The translations under genes were made by a program, and so were the position numbers. A DNA stretch of 64,000 bases, from assembly GCA_964016885.1 (NCBI GenBank), contig OZ024746.1, positions 29,946,001 to 30,010,000 on the forward strand. The letters run 5' to 3'. A model generated the notes under the pieces. The model was given only the letters and a program-made list of their open reading frames with translations, was not told the origin of the DNA and did not search any database. Source of the stretch: Eledone cirrhosa. Taxonomy: Eukaryota. Of the stretch, positions 1 through 16,554 are shown piece after piece; position 1 is the first letter of the stretch, and every line of letters starts with the position of its first letter.

Positions 1-720
1 ATTGGAAACGTGATTCACTGGTATTTATGCAAACTGAATAAGTTATCCCACTCGGAGAAGTGGTATGAGCATAAGCGAGAGTCGGTGATAGAAAACGATC
101 GTGTAAAGGTACAGTGGGATTTCAAGATACGAACTGATAAATAATTGTTTCTACTATTGGCACAAGGCCAGAAATTACCCAGTACATTACTGGTACTTTA
201 TTTTATCGACCCCGTAAGGATGAAAGGCAAAGTTAACCTCGGCGGGATTTGAACTCTGAATGGCAAGGGCCGTAACTCTATGCGTCAAAGCATGGCGTCC
301 GACCCTCTACCGATACTGCCAATCCACCGCCTACGAACTGATAAATAATTAGAGCACAATAGGCCTGACCTGCTGGTTTTGAAAAGGAATGAATATCTTG
401 ATTGACACGAGATTTCAAGAAAAGAAGGAAAACATTAACTGATACCAGGATCTAAAGTGGGAACTGTTAAGGATTTGGGACTGCCATGAGTTCAAGGTCA
501 TCCCCATCGTCACGAGAGCACTTGGTAGAGTCTTGAAGAGTTTCCAAGGCTGGCTAATGAACATTAGCCCGGCCCCTTTTTTGGAACACTACAAAAGGCA
601 TGCCTACTGGGAACATCAATATCATGAATATCTGATGCTGCGGGTAACGGCTTGATGTTGATTTGGGCAAGGAACATCAATGACTCAGATATCAATTTCA
701 TAATAATAATAATAATAATG
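1..720 (+). mobile_element. 3' end of a decayed RLE-type non-LTR retrotransposon (R4/Dong-like), interrupted by a SINE; (TAA)n tail
   Basis: Frame 1 reads IGNVIHWYLCK..KWYEHKRESVIENDRVKVQWDFKIRTDK. After the SINE it resumes LEHNRPDLLVL, then YQDLKWELLRIWD..VIPIVTRALG and LQKACLLGT (PD-(D/E)xK RLE domain with stops/frameshifts). (TAA)n at 701-719. Confidence 0.85.
147..331 (-). mobile_element. tRNA-derived SINE (family A), full length, with 19-bp target-site duplication
   Basis: Minus strand has A-box TGGCAGTATCGG, B-box GAGTTCAAATCC, body GCCGAGGTTAACTTTGCCTTTCATCC and tail GTAGAAACAATTATT. TACGAACTGATAAATAATT occurs at 128-146 and 332-350. Confidence 0.9.
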
Positions 721-726
721 GATCAT

Positions 727-1149
727 GGTTTCGGCACAAGGCCAGCAATTTGAAAGGGAGGCGAAAAAGTCGATTAAATCTACCCCAGTACACTACTGGT
801 GCTTTATTCTATCTTCCCCGTAGCGATGGAAGGCAAAGCTAACCTCGGCGGGATTTGAACTCAGAACTTAAAGGGCCGTAACTCTATGATGCGAAACATG
901 TTGACCGACGCTCTATCAATACTGCCAATCTCTAATAATGGTTTCTTATATAGGTACACGGCCAGCAAATTTGGGGGAAGGGGAAAGTCGATTAAATTGA
1001 CTCCAGTACACTACTGGTGCTTTATTCTATCGACCCCGTAGCGATGGAACGCAAAGCTAACCTCGGCGGGATTTGAACTCAGAACGTAAAGGGCCGTAAC
1101 TCTATGCTGCGAAACATGTTGACTAACGTATAATCGATACTGCCAATCC
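727..1149 (-). mobile_element. Two tandem family A SINEs (about 727-930 and 938-1149)
   Basis: Both carry CCTCGGCGGGATTTGAACTCAG and ATACTGCCAATC, homologous to 147-331. Confidence 0.85.
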
Positions 1150-1619
1150 ATAATAATAATAATTTGCTCCCTCACATAAAACGTATTATGCCGATTCCTC
1201 CTCTTAGAAACGTCTGTTTTCCTATTTCTTCTTTAATCTTTCTCTCTATGTTTTTGATGAATAAGTGACGTCCGGTTCGATAAGACTCTTTTCCTATTAT
1301 ATCAAGTGTTAAACTAACATTTGCTCTCATTGTACTGCAGTGTTTTCCTGTATTATTTTTCTGTTTATTCTTCTTATACAGACATACATACATATATACA
1401 TATTTATATAGTCTCATGTATACAAATACATCTGTACACACGTATGTATTTGAGTATTATATATATATATACACACACACACGCACATACACACGTTTGT
1501 GTATGTATGTATGCGTTCGCCACATTATACACGCCATAAAAGATATATCTTGATTATATTTTGACATCATAGTTCACTTCATCTCTTTTAACGTTGATTA
1601 ACTTTCCCATATTTATAGA

Positions 1620-1713
1620 CACTTCATATTATATATTATATATTTACATACACACAATATACTGTAGTTATATATACACAATACATTATATATATATATA
1701 TACAATTATATAA

Positions 1714-1770
<57 letters not shown>

Positions 1771-1773
1771 CAT

Positions 1774-1804
<31 letters not shown>

Positions 1805-1890
1805 CTAGATATCTTTCTATATTCATCCTATAGATTATATATTATGTATTTATACATCCACTATGTATCATAAATTTGTATACACTCTGC

Positions 1891-1945
<55 letters not shown>

Positions 1946-1956
1946 ATATATATATT

Positions 1957-2042
<86 letters not shown>

Positions 2043-2230
2043 CATGTGTGTGTGTACACTATACATTATATATTTATATAAAACCCATATATGTATATTG
2101 ATATACACATTCTATGTTATATATTTATATATTCAGAGTGTAAAACATATTTATATTACATACTTATATGCAAACTACTCATTCTATATATATATACACA
2201 CACTATACATTATATATTATACATTTATAT
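1620..2230. repeat. (TA)n/(CA)n compound microsatellite
   Basis: Direct inspection; source of the YI-repeat ORFs. Confidence 0.95.
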
Positions 2231-2605
2231 ACTGACTATAATCATTTTTAGACAAGAAAATACACTTTTCTTTTCCTGAATGCCCGTCTTCTCCAATCAT
2301 GTCTTGCTTGTCTACGAAGGCATTATCAAAGCGGAAAAATGGTGATCAATTATTTCTTAATAATTAAGTTCGTTAAAATCAATTCTTATGATCAATAAAT
2401 GAACATCAGGTCTTAATTAAAGTTAAGCCAAGTAGAAATTACATTTAATTAAGATGAAATACCATCGTAACTTATGATGAAAACTTATATGGATTTATCA
2501 GTATATTCTTGTTTTTTTAAAATTATCTCTCGAAACGTTCTTCTTCCTGCTTGTATTACCTGGCTAGAAAAGAAAATTATGCAAAGTTAATTGAATTTGA
2601 TAAAG

Positions 2606-2643
<38 letters not shown>

Positions 2644-5600
2644 AAGTCAATTAAAGTGTTTATAGAATGTAAAATGAAAAATATGAAAAATATGAAAATA
2701 AAAAAAGCATGAAATGTAAAATATTAGCAATGAAAAATGTTTATTATATAATTTCTTTTTAAGAAGTATCATTAAGTTATTTTATATACTCTTCATGTTT
2801 GCATATGCCACATAATATTACTTGGTAATCTTTTAACATCTCTTAACGTTTTGATTATAAATTTAAAATAGCTCCATAAAAACCAACACGATAAGGATGC
2901 TCACTAGTTTATTGCAAAAAGACAATCATATAGAAGTTTTACGATGATCAACTATTTTGCATATTTTCCGGTTAAATGTATATTACATACACGTATGTAA
3001 GTAGCTAAACTTGTAATAAAATAGCAAATAAGAAAACGATATTATTTCAGAATTAATTTAAATTCCGGATATTTGTTTATTAGTTGTATTCATTGAATGG
3101 ACACGTCGATGGCGATAGAATATAGAATATAGAAGATACATCGAATGTATCGGAGCGAATGTAGGTTGAGGTGACAGGTAATGCTGTAGGCTTTAATGTC
3201 AATAGTATTCTTCACCTGGTGTTTCCGTTTATTAAGTTAACGGTCTCTAACAAGGTCATATGTCTACAATTTTATTTGAACTTTCATTACATTAAGCAAT
3301 TGAGAGATTTCTACAATATATCCATAGCAACGAATGAAAGTCTAGCTTTCCTTCCTTCTTTCCTCTTCAGTGCCACAACTTACTTTAGTTTTATTACATT
3401 ACTTTTGCTGCATTAATTTAGTGCTTCTCTGAACCTACACAAGCCAAATATACAAGTCATATAAACTGTAATGCTGAGATTAGATGCAAGCATGGCTGAG
3501 TGGGTTACGATCTAGCTTCGCTACCATAAACCCCAGGTTCAATTCCACTAATTGGTTAGAAAGATGATTAACTTAAAGGTAATGGTGTTTTTTCTTCTTC
3601 AATACATCTAACTGCCCCAAATCTATATTTGTTGCTACTCCAAAACTTATGCAAAAGAATCATACGACTCAAATAAAGACTATTGGTATAGGATGGGTGC
3701 TAGGATGGCTAAGTGGTTAGGAAGTTTGTTTCGCAATCATGGCGTGCGTTATACGAATCTTTATAAGTATATTAGAAGAGGTTGCTATCGCCTTCTTCAC
3801 CCATTTTTGGAAAAAGAAACATTATGTGTTGTCTCCCACAATCTTCCTCATGGCACAAGCTAGCCGATTCAGAGAGAGGGTGAGAAAATGAGAGGGATGT
3901 ATCTCTTCATATGTATTTATGTAAGTATATATAGAATGCATATATTTTTCCGGCGAAAAAAGTGGAAGTTGCTACGGAGTTTGGCCGTCGATACCGCATC
4001 ACGCGTTTAATGGAAATTCAGTTAATATTTGAACATACTATGTACACTCGTACATAAACACACGCTTCATTGTGTGTGTCAGTAGTATCTCTATATTTGT
4101 GTTACAGGCTTCACAAGTCAAAAGTGTAGCTTTTCTAATGTATGGATTGTGCTTTTCAGAGACAAAACAACGCTGAAATAGCAGGTTTAAGTTTACCTAC
4201 ATTTATTTCCACATTTATTATATATATATATATATATATTTTTTATATATTTCATATATAAATACATATATATATATTGACGAAATAAAAATGCGATAGT
4301 AGATTAATTCAATTCTAAATATTTTATTGGTGTACCGAAACGCACAATTTGTTCAAAAGGATTTCTAAAATCTAAGCGTCAATAAAACCTAACTTGTTTC
4401 ATTTTATATATTTTCCCATATAATTTACATAGATCTGTGTGAATTTAGAAAATGTGACAACGAAGAATATATTAAGTTCTGCAATCGTCAAATATGAAGT
4501 ATCTCAGTGAAAATAATGGACATTACACATACATTTCTGATACATTGACAAAGATTTGGCGATGTTTATTAAATTTATAAAATGTACGTGTCACATCACA
4601 GTACACTTCTTCATTCATGTGTGACAATAGACATAGCATAATCTAAATCTGCTATATAGGGAAATTATTTGTGGCATAAATATTCTTAAGCCGTCTATAC
4701 TACAGATGTGTTTCTGCACATATGGATAGCAAACATATCTATAGTAAGACAGATTTTTCTGACTAATTAATCTGAGTTAAAATAACTTGTCTTGTCAACC
4801 GACAATCATTTCTCTCGCCCTCGTATTCAACCGCAATTTTATTGGTCTCTATGGTTACTGGAAGGGTTTATTAAAATTTCTGTGCATATCATTAATGCTT
4901 GCATGGACAATAGTATATCAGTATTGATACATTAAAGAATCTTGCGTTATATGATGAAATATCAGCTGGTCTCATACCAATTCCATTCACGATTCCTCAC
5001 TTATTCGGCTCTATTTCTCTCATCACATATGCAGTATCCTCTCCCCAACTCCTGCACTAATCACAACACCCAGTCTATAAACCATGTTGTGTCTTCTCCC
5101 TACTTACTACAGTTAACCCAACACCCAGTCCATCACATAACCTGTGTCCTCTCTCCACGTCCAGCACTAATCCCAACATCCATCCTAGCAATTCGGTCCC
5201 GTTGATATCTTTGCTACAGAATGTGATATGCATCAGTTTAAAAAAGATCGTTAACGGCATCAGCATTTCTGATCTGTGATGGCCTGTGAAGGCCATGGGC
5301 ACTACCAATTTCTGCAGACAAAGATATGTTAGAATCTTAATGTTGAAGGAAACGTTTCCACTCTTCAATTCTCTTCCTGTTCATCGATTTTTACTGAGCC
5401 ATTCTAACTACATGCCCATAGTATCGGAGCTGTGATCTCTCAATTCGAAGTAGCGGCCTCTACATGGAGCGACTCTTTGATCTCCGAGCTACGTAGTCTA
5501 TCAAGTAACCTTACTCCAAAGATCCTTCAGAGGAACCACATTAAGGCCGCTTGTATTCACGGTGGTATTCTTTCGGCCATTACCGAAGATTCACAAGGGC

Positions 5601-7674
5601 TGGCATGAATACTGAATTGAAGATAGCGAGTTTGGCTTTTACACCTACCTTCCTTCTGATTACCGAATGCTGAAGCTGGCGCATTACAGCACCAGCTCAT
5701 GCAATCATTGGATATGTTAATTATTCACAATATATCTAGGTGTTTGATAAAAATATTGCTCTCGATTCTTAACAGTGTAGGAAATTATTTGAGAACTGGT
5801 TGCTGTTCCTTGTTGCTGAATTTTGGGATCCTATTAGTTTCTTCTGTTAAGTAAATTACATAGGAGAATTACAATGATAAAAATTAAATCAACAAACAAT
5901 AAATCTAAGTTAATATCAATAATGTGTGTGGGGTATTATAATAAAGTTTACGTTAATTGAGCACGTGATATTTACTAGATTCCATGGAGAATCGAAGCTA
6001 CATTTCATAGTGATAGACGCATAACATAATATTAAAAATATTCATAAATTAACTACAGAAAATATATTAGATTCCTCTGACATCATTCTTGGATTGCTTT
6101 TACATGGGGGAAAGAATGTTAATCAGAACATACTGCAACAATTATCAATTTTATCACAATCAGTTATATTAACTTTACAAAATGATATATTTAAAATCAA
6201 ATTAGAACTTGGAAAAAAGTTTTCCCTGTAAGAAGAATTTTAGTCTGTAATTTCTAACAATCTTTAATTATATAATGTCTCCGTTTATTCTCAAGTAACC
6301 TAGCTTTTCTTTAGAGATAAATAATGATGTATTTTGCAATTTGCCTAATTGTTTTAAGATTACTGAAACGTAGGCAATGATAGAATGATACAGACATTTT
6401 TATAAAAGTGTAATTATCTTGCATACAATTAAACTGACGAAATTTCAGGTGTAATTGTCTATTAAGTGTAAAATATATGTGGAATTATTAAGAAAGGATT
6501 ACAATAATAAAAAGGGAGAGAGAAAAAAGTGTGAAGTGAGAAAGATTTTCATATTGAAAAATTGTGTAGGAGGAAAACTGTATACCTATGGCTATGTGCT
6601 AGATATCAGCTGCCGCCCGTGGATAAGATGGTGAAAGCTACATCATTCCATTTCACGTTGCAATCCTCTGATATTTTGTGGGGAATAACAGTAAACCAGG
6701 GATGGAGAACACCAAAGATCTAGACCGCACACGACGTGAAATGAAAGCGATCGATTAAATCTCTGATTTGATTATCTTTTGTTTCTCTGTGTGATGAGTG
6801 AGAGTGCCCGGGTTCGAGGCCGAAGTGACGACGAGGTTGGAACGGGAGAATGTGTTGCATTATGTGGTCTACAAAACTAAGCACTTCCCCAACCTCCGCA
6901 GGACGGGAAAAGTGTTATCCTGTCTGGGAATTTACTGTCAACACGGTCGTATCAGGCAGGCTCCAATTGTGATGGGAAATCCACCTCGTACAATCTCCTT
7001 TGATGTCGTCATTCAAGGCGGTGTGCTAAGGGCACCGTCCCACACCGAGGTGATAAAAGAGTCGAATGTATATGTTGTTTTATTTTATTGTTTCCCTCAC
7101 TGGGCAAAAGACATGATATGGGCCCCTACTTGAAATGTTTTAGTCGTATATATAGACCCGTGTATTTATTTCAAACGTTTACGTATTTGACATAAACGGA
7201 CATAACACAAAAATCTATTTCCCCACATATAGAATGAGTTTTTCGGTTCTTGATTCAAAGAAATAGCTTTCCCATAAAATTAAGGTGCAAGTGGCTGAAC
7301 ATTCGATCGATGCATATAAAAATTAACAGAATGCTCAATGAGTCTCAGCGTGACAGAGTGGGTGCAACACTTGTATTGCACCCACATAGAATCAGAACAA
7401 TTTGTTAATTCATTTGACCTTGGCATGTTGCTCTTTACAAGTTGCTGCGTCAACTAACTACTTACTCCATATCCTAGTTCTGCATCAGAAGATTCTAGCG
7501 GTAAATTACTGAAATATCAACGTCATTAGCAATAACACCGTTTAACGAAGATTGAAACTGATTCAATGGCAGATATAATGATGAGTTAACAGTCGGATAA
7601 TCGGGTTTCAATAGAGAAATAATATATATCGTTTAAACAGATTAGTATTCTTCACTAGTGGAATGATTGATTTT

Positions 7675-7756
<82 letters not shown>

Positions 7757-8149
7757 TCTCTCTCTCTCCCTCTCTCTCTCTCTTCTTCCTCTCTGCTGGT
7801 GACAGATTGTCGTTAGAATAAAGCTGTAACTTCGGTAGTAACTCAACAGAATATCTACTCTGTTCTGAAAAGCATATTTTATAGAATCCACCAGATGTCA
7901 TTTTATGCAGTGTTACTTTATGGAAATTAAAAACTCATTTTTACAGTTATCTAATTACTACCTACATGTTCTGTATCCAATTTAGATTCTTCCTCTATTT
8001 TTGTAACTGTGGATATATGTGAGACCAAACAATAGCCATCAAATGAATTCCAGTCAACAACATCTGACAATTGCCTTTCTTAGCAACAATACCGAATTCT
8101 TGTGAAGGCCCGTGTCATAGAGATTACGATCTTCAGCTGACGATGAGTT

Positions 8150-8410
8150 TGATTGTTGGCGGCATGTGGTGTCCTAAAAGACCCCATTTTATTTGAAGTT
8201 GCTCCATTTTACTCACCTGGAAGAAAATGAGTTGTGCCTGTAATACAAAGGGGCATGCCTTGACACACAATATCTAGACACAACTGACCTTGAGAACAAC
8301 CTTAACTATACACATGTCTTAGGGAAGCTCACCCACTGTCGTTTTAATTTCACAAGCAGTCTCTTTGGTTGATCAATCAACTGGAACATTCGTTTTCACA
8401 ACCTACAATG
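8150..8410 (+). mobile_element. Decayed tRNA-derived SINE (family B)
   Basis: GTTGCTCCA..ACTCA..TGG..AAAATGAGTTGT..AAAGGG..CTTG.CACA..TTAATTTCACAAGCAG..GATCAATCAACTGGAAC is shared with 20170-20480, 24105-24385 and 48975-49250. Confidence 0.65.
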
Positions 8411-11400
8411 ATCCAACAAGAATGTCTATACACTTCCGTTTAACCTATTGCCCTATCGCAGGTTACTAGACTATATCAAGTCTGAGAAAGAACGGTGGAG
8501 GCGTGTGTTCAGTAACGTTTTGAACCAGGTGTGTGAGTATATAATATTTTAGAAAAGTTTTGTTGAATCGAAAGTTTCTTTTAGATTGAGATTGTACATT
8601 GTTTCAAAAGTATCAAATAATGTTCCTTAATTGTCTTTGTCTGATAAACAAAGCATTGTTAGCTGGCTGTTATGTAAAACGAAGTGGATGATAGCCAGAG
8701 GAACTGGTATGAACCGATCAGCTAAGATATCGTATTTTCAAATACCAATACCACGATATAAAATCACTAGAGCTAGGTGCAATAGGAAGCAGTGAATAAT
8801 ATGTCATTCTCAGTTACTGAAAAGAAAGCCTTCCGGTGCTAGCGAGTTTACGATATGATATTTACACTCCAGTAGCGTTATTTAATTGAATAGAGTTTAC
8901 AATATATCTTAAATCATACACAACACTAAGACTCGGTTGTACTATGTAGTCTAAAGCCCACATTTTACTGGGTTGTGTGGAATAGCTACAAGAATGTATG
9001 TCAATATTATCTAAATCATTCTAGCTTACGCTACCGGAATAATTCTCTTTTCATTCTTGTTAGAATACAATTTCGGAAGTATACTGCAATCGAATAGTAA
9101 TTTTAATCTCTGTGAAATTATATTTAAAGACAATATCACTAATATATCTAATTCGATATGTGCTAACGTTTTCACAATTAAACATACCGATTTCCTTTTC
9201 TTATGTATTCAGGCCATCATTCTGGTTTAATGTGTTGTGTCAATGTAAGTCCTCAATATTAAAGCCATTTTCCTAAAGTAAAGTGTTGTGTCACAACTCA
9301 ATTCCACATTATTTAGACCATCACACTGATTTAAAGTGTTATATCATATCAAGTCTATCTCTCTCATGCAATGCGTTGTGTAACGATGTATTAAGTCCAC
9401 CCAACTTAAGTAAAGTAGAATTCGTCAGTATTAAGTCCATCTCTATGATGTAAAATGTTGCTCCACAATGCAACCATCAATCTCACGAATCCTGTCTCTT
9501 TCTATGGAAGGATACTCTAAAAATGCCACTGATATGAAATAGTTGAATAAATTTTGTTTTCAAGGCTCAAGTTTTAATTTTAATATATTCATTAGAAATC
9601 CCACATAGTCTCTAGAATATGTGATATGAATTTGAATTACAATTTATCGAATTGTTAGCCATATATTTTCATAAAATACCATTTAGCCAAGATATCATTA
9701 ATATGAAATGCTGTAAAGTTTGTATTTCAATAAACTAACATGAGAGAGAATTCATATAATTTTATCTTTGAAGCATACATAAGTGGTACGAAAGAGGATG
9801 TGAATTTATTTTCAGTACGAGAAAATTTAATTGTAAGCCGAATAAGTGTTATTTGGATATAAACCAAGTTAGATACAATCTGTCTTCAATATTTTATAGA
9901 TATATATTCCACTTATCAAGACTTCTCTTAAGAATATGTTGCTTTGCAGACGAGACAACGTTCCAGTAAAGTAGATTCAAGATGCAGATTATATTCGTTT
10001 TATTCGTGACATTATAAAATGTTTCCCGCTCTTGTATATATCTCAACAATCTGCTTTAAATTTAAGTATTCACTCGCTAGACATATATGAATATACAAAT
10101 ATTTACAAATGCGCACGCACTCACTCAAAGGTGTGTGTGAATATATATATGTGTGTGCACCAACGCATAGATGTCTGTGCATATACATGTCTGTATACCC
10201 ATATAAACAAGTGTGCGTATACAACCGTGTGCACCGTTACTTAGCAGTTTGTATGTTTATATGAGTGTGCACCCAAACGTAGAGTGTATATTTACATGTA
10301 TCTATATATGAAATTCACCGACGCATAGAAGTGTGTGTGCGTATATATGTATGTGCACATATTTGAATGCTGATTTAAGATTAAGATAAGACATACTGTA
10401 TTCCTCGATGGCTTAAGAGAATATTTTCATTCCAAGATTAGTTATTTCACTTTTCGTTTTATAATCTTCGGAATAGCTTTATTGCCTTAGTCTGAAATTC
10501 AGTGATGTAGGATATTTCATGTTTTAAAATATCAAGCGTGCTTGTAAAATTACCAAATGGATAATGTAGTCAACTGCCTACTTTTGGATCATGACTTCAA
10601 ATACGCAGCAGGCTTTATATTGCACTTCAGAGCAGGAAGCTTTATTTAACAATTCCTCAGCACGGAATTTTAATACACATAGGAACTTTCGTTTCTGGGA
10701 ATGTTATTTGAAATGTTAAAAAAAATGTAAATAATCATAACTACGCCGGTCAGTGATAGACGAGAATGCCTTGCCAACACATAACATTCTTTCTCACGCG
10801 GTTTTCTGTGAGCATATATTCATGAGCAGACACAGACACCCCTCTCAGTCGTCCCACGTTTGACAAAGTATGACCTCGCAATATGACAGCTATACAATGC
10901 TAGATTCCATTAACAGCATTGAATTGAAATATTCTTTGTCGACCATGCAAGAACAAAATACAATTTTAACAGAGAACATCATGAACATTTCAGAGAACAT
11001 CATGAACAAGTCTTGTATGGTCTCATCTTCAGTATGAAGTGCTGTTGGAGTCTATTGCTGGATCTTCATTGTACCAATATGATTGAACACTGCTGAAACA
11101 CGCATTTTGACCGTCTGATGCGCTTTTGTAGTGTATATTTTTATTTTATGTAGCTTTCGATCGATCCATGTCTTGTGACGAAAATTTGGTAAATAGAAAC
11201 TGTTTTTAAGCCTATCGAATGGAGTCTACCTCTTATTCAAACGGCCAACCTTCTTACTCCCTGTGTCATTCTGAATTATGTTAAAGCTGGGCGTGTCGGT
11301 GGAATATTCGGCCACTGTCACTTCAATTTCACACCCATATTATTACATTCCTCGAATATTTGGAAAGCCTATTCGTTAAAATCCACCGTGATACATTACA

Positions 11401-11899
11401 TATTCGTATAAATATTTTAGCATTGTACTCTTTCATATGTAATGGTTCTATTATAATCACTCTCGATATTCTATCTAACGTTTTAAACATTCTGAAAAGT
11501 CGCTACATTAATTTAAAGACATAATCTAATGTGAAGCATATGATATTACCTTACAAAAAGAATAAATCTCTGCTGAAACCTGGCAAAGTAATGTTTGTTA
11601 ATCATATATTTCTATAGTAACAGTGTAAAACAAATTTCTAGATATCCACCAATACAACGACCGACTACTAAGTAACTCTCCAAAGAAACGAAGCTAAAAT
11701 ATATTACAAAATTACCCTCTATCAAAACTGACAAGATCATAATTTCAATATTACTATTTCCAGCAAACAAGTTTTTCACGTTGTTTTTTTATTTCATATC
11801 CAATGTCTCATTGCTTATTACTAACGGTGATTCCCTGTTTTTACCATTTTTAACATTATTAAAAATAAAAATTCTCCAGTCAGAAAAATATATTGAGTG

Positions 11900-14020
<2,121 letters not shown>

Positions 14021-14364
14021 ATATGATTTTATGTATGTATGTTCAATAAGAAAATATTTATAGAGAATACGCTGGCATACGTTTACTATTTTTGTTAGGA
14101 TTTACTGAGGGGAAGTAGGAATCACGTTGCCAATTATTATGGTAAAGCTGGACATATACTAATAAAATACGTTCATAAATTCGCTAGAGTCGGAAACATT
14201 AGTTGGATTCTGACAACCCAATCTTGGCGAATATCTGTTTATACGTTTGGATCAGATTCAAAAGTTGTAGTACACCATAGCAATATACATATATAGTTAG
14301 ATTCCACCGAGAACAAACATGGAGATAATTCTTTCTTGTTTTTAAAAGAACGAAATTTAATTTC

Positions 14365-14456
14365 TTCGTCGTCATCATCATCATCATCATAATCATCAAC
14401 ATCTCTCCCCCTCCTCCTCCTCGTATTCCCCCTCCACCCTCCTCTACCTCCTATTC

Positions 14457-14510
<54 letters not shown>

Positions 14511-14700
14511 TTTATCTTTATCCTCAATTTCATCATCTTTATCTTTATCCACGACAAAATCATTTTATGTCCGCATTCCATGCTTGCCAGATTTGGACAG
14601 GTCGTCACGGTCTGAGACTAGATTGAAGAACCACGTCATGCTCATATGTTGCATATTGTGCATAGTTTCTATGGTTGGGTGCTTTCCCGAAAATGTAATT
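14365..14700 (-). mobile_element. SINE/LINE 3' end with (GAT)n tail
   Basis: Minus strand ..GGCAAGCATGGAATGCGGACATAAAATGAT is followed by (GAT)n (ATC repeats 14461-14510). A similar terminus (GAAAACACGGACGTAAAACGAT) lies at 55738-55760. Confidence 0.5.
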
Positions 14701-15860
14701 GTAATCGATCTCAGTAGGTCCTGGCGGCGAATGTCCCACTTAATTGAATAACGTAACAGTCTGCTCGGGATATTAATGTACACAAAGCTGAGTATTCCTG
14801 ATATACCTTTACGTAGTTCTCAGGGAGATTTGTTCTGACACAGGGTGTACATGGCTTTCTCTTTGCATTATGGACACAACTCATATTTTGACATTTGAAA
14901 GGACCGTTGCCCCATGAAATAAATTGCTTTGCTCGCAGAAATCAAAAGCATGACCTGACAATCTAATAGATTTGCCTTCCTATGAAGTACGTTAAAAAAA
15001 AAAACATCCAGAGCAATTAAAATATTCACTTGATTAAATCTGCTGTAGGGATAATTTGTAAAAAAATATTCAAAATGTGAACATAAATAGAAGAGGGAAT
15101 GCACAGAAACGATTTTAAAGGATTCTAAAGATTTTCTGATTGTAAACACCATTGTGTTTGTTTAGATAAACATACGCCATCTTTTAGGGCAATACGATTG
15201 TAAGTATTATTGAATATTTTGAGGTAGCTCTTTCTGTGTGTTTGTGCTTGTGTGTGTATCAGTGACATATTTTTTGACAAGCTTGTGGGCTAAATTCAAA
15301 ACTTGTGAGAAAAGACGTTCCGAAATGTATCCTTCGATTACCTGTGTTCTTTTGATAGAAAATTAGTGTATATTACCAAAGTAGTCCATAGCTCTAAAAA
15401 CATATGGTTAAGACAGGTGAAACTAGTTTTCTATATGTATAATACACCATTAATACACGATATATGAAATTACATTTGCCTAGTATCCATTGACATTTAC
15501 AGAGAGCCTGATTCAATTTCGGGGGAAGGAATTATAGAACATCGAAATGTGAATAGATATTATTTCATTTGTATAGCATTCAATATATAATAATTTGACA
15601 ACCTTTCTAGACACATCTTTACTGTCGCTGTCCATTGAATATTACAAATTGAGACATACATCTACAATTTCATCACGTACTCCTGAACATATAATATGTT
15701 TTGTTTGTAAATGTGATACGTGTTCGTATACCAAAATGATATATATATATATAGAGAGAGAGAGATTTTGAGTTTATGTTGGTTGTATACCAACACCTCA
15801 ATATGCAGGCTGGAGCACTCGACGAAGTGCGCAGGTTGGTTTGGTTACTCCGGAGTAGTG

Positions 15861-16276
15861 TAAAATAAAGTTAAATACAAGTCAAATGATTAAAATTTAG
15901 CTTCGTTTATTACTGCTATATATATATTTCAGTGACAGCCATCTTTGGCTGTGACCTCTTCGGGCAGTTTGAATTAGTATGGTATAGACAAGTACATATG
16001 TTGTTTAGGTGTATAATATTGTCAATACTCTGATATGCCCAGTTCCTTGTTGGGTTGTTAATTCCTCAGTGAATTAACAACCCAACAAGGAACTGGGCAT
16101 ATCAGAGTATTGACAATATTATACACCTAAACAACATATGTACTTGTCTATACCATACTAATTCAAACTGCCTGAAGAGGTCACAGCCAAAGATGGCTGT
16201 CACTGAAATATATATATATAGCAGTAATAAACGAAGCTAACTTTTAATCATTTGACTTGTATTTAACTTTATTTTA
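15861..16276. repeat. Near-perfect fold-back palindrome (arms 15861-16064 and 16071-16276, 6-nt loop), Penelope-like pLTR pair
   Basis: Arms are reverse complements around GTTAATTC-ctcagt-GAATTAAC; each arm carries a hammerhead motif plus AATAAA. Confidence 0.9.
16167..16225 (+). ncRNA. Type I minimal hammerhead ribozyme
   Basis: ACTGC-CTGAAGA-[GGTcACAGCCA aaga TGGCTGTcACT]-GAAA-TATATATATA-TA-GCAGT. Stem I is ACTGC/GCAGT, stem III is palindromic, AATAAA follows immediately. Confidence 0.75.
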
Positions 16277-16458
16277 TATATATATATACAAACACACCTA
16301 CGGTCCCCCACCCCATATATATATATTTATATATATATATGCGTGTGTGTGTGTGTATGTATGTATAAAGGACTGTATGTATATGCATACGAAGTAAGAT
16401 GATTCGTTCGTTCGTCCCACGAATTCCATTTTCCCTTGTGCAATTTGCTGAACGCGCG

Positions 16459-16554
<96 letters not shown>

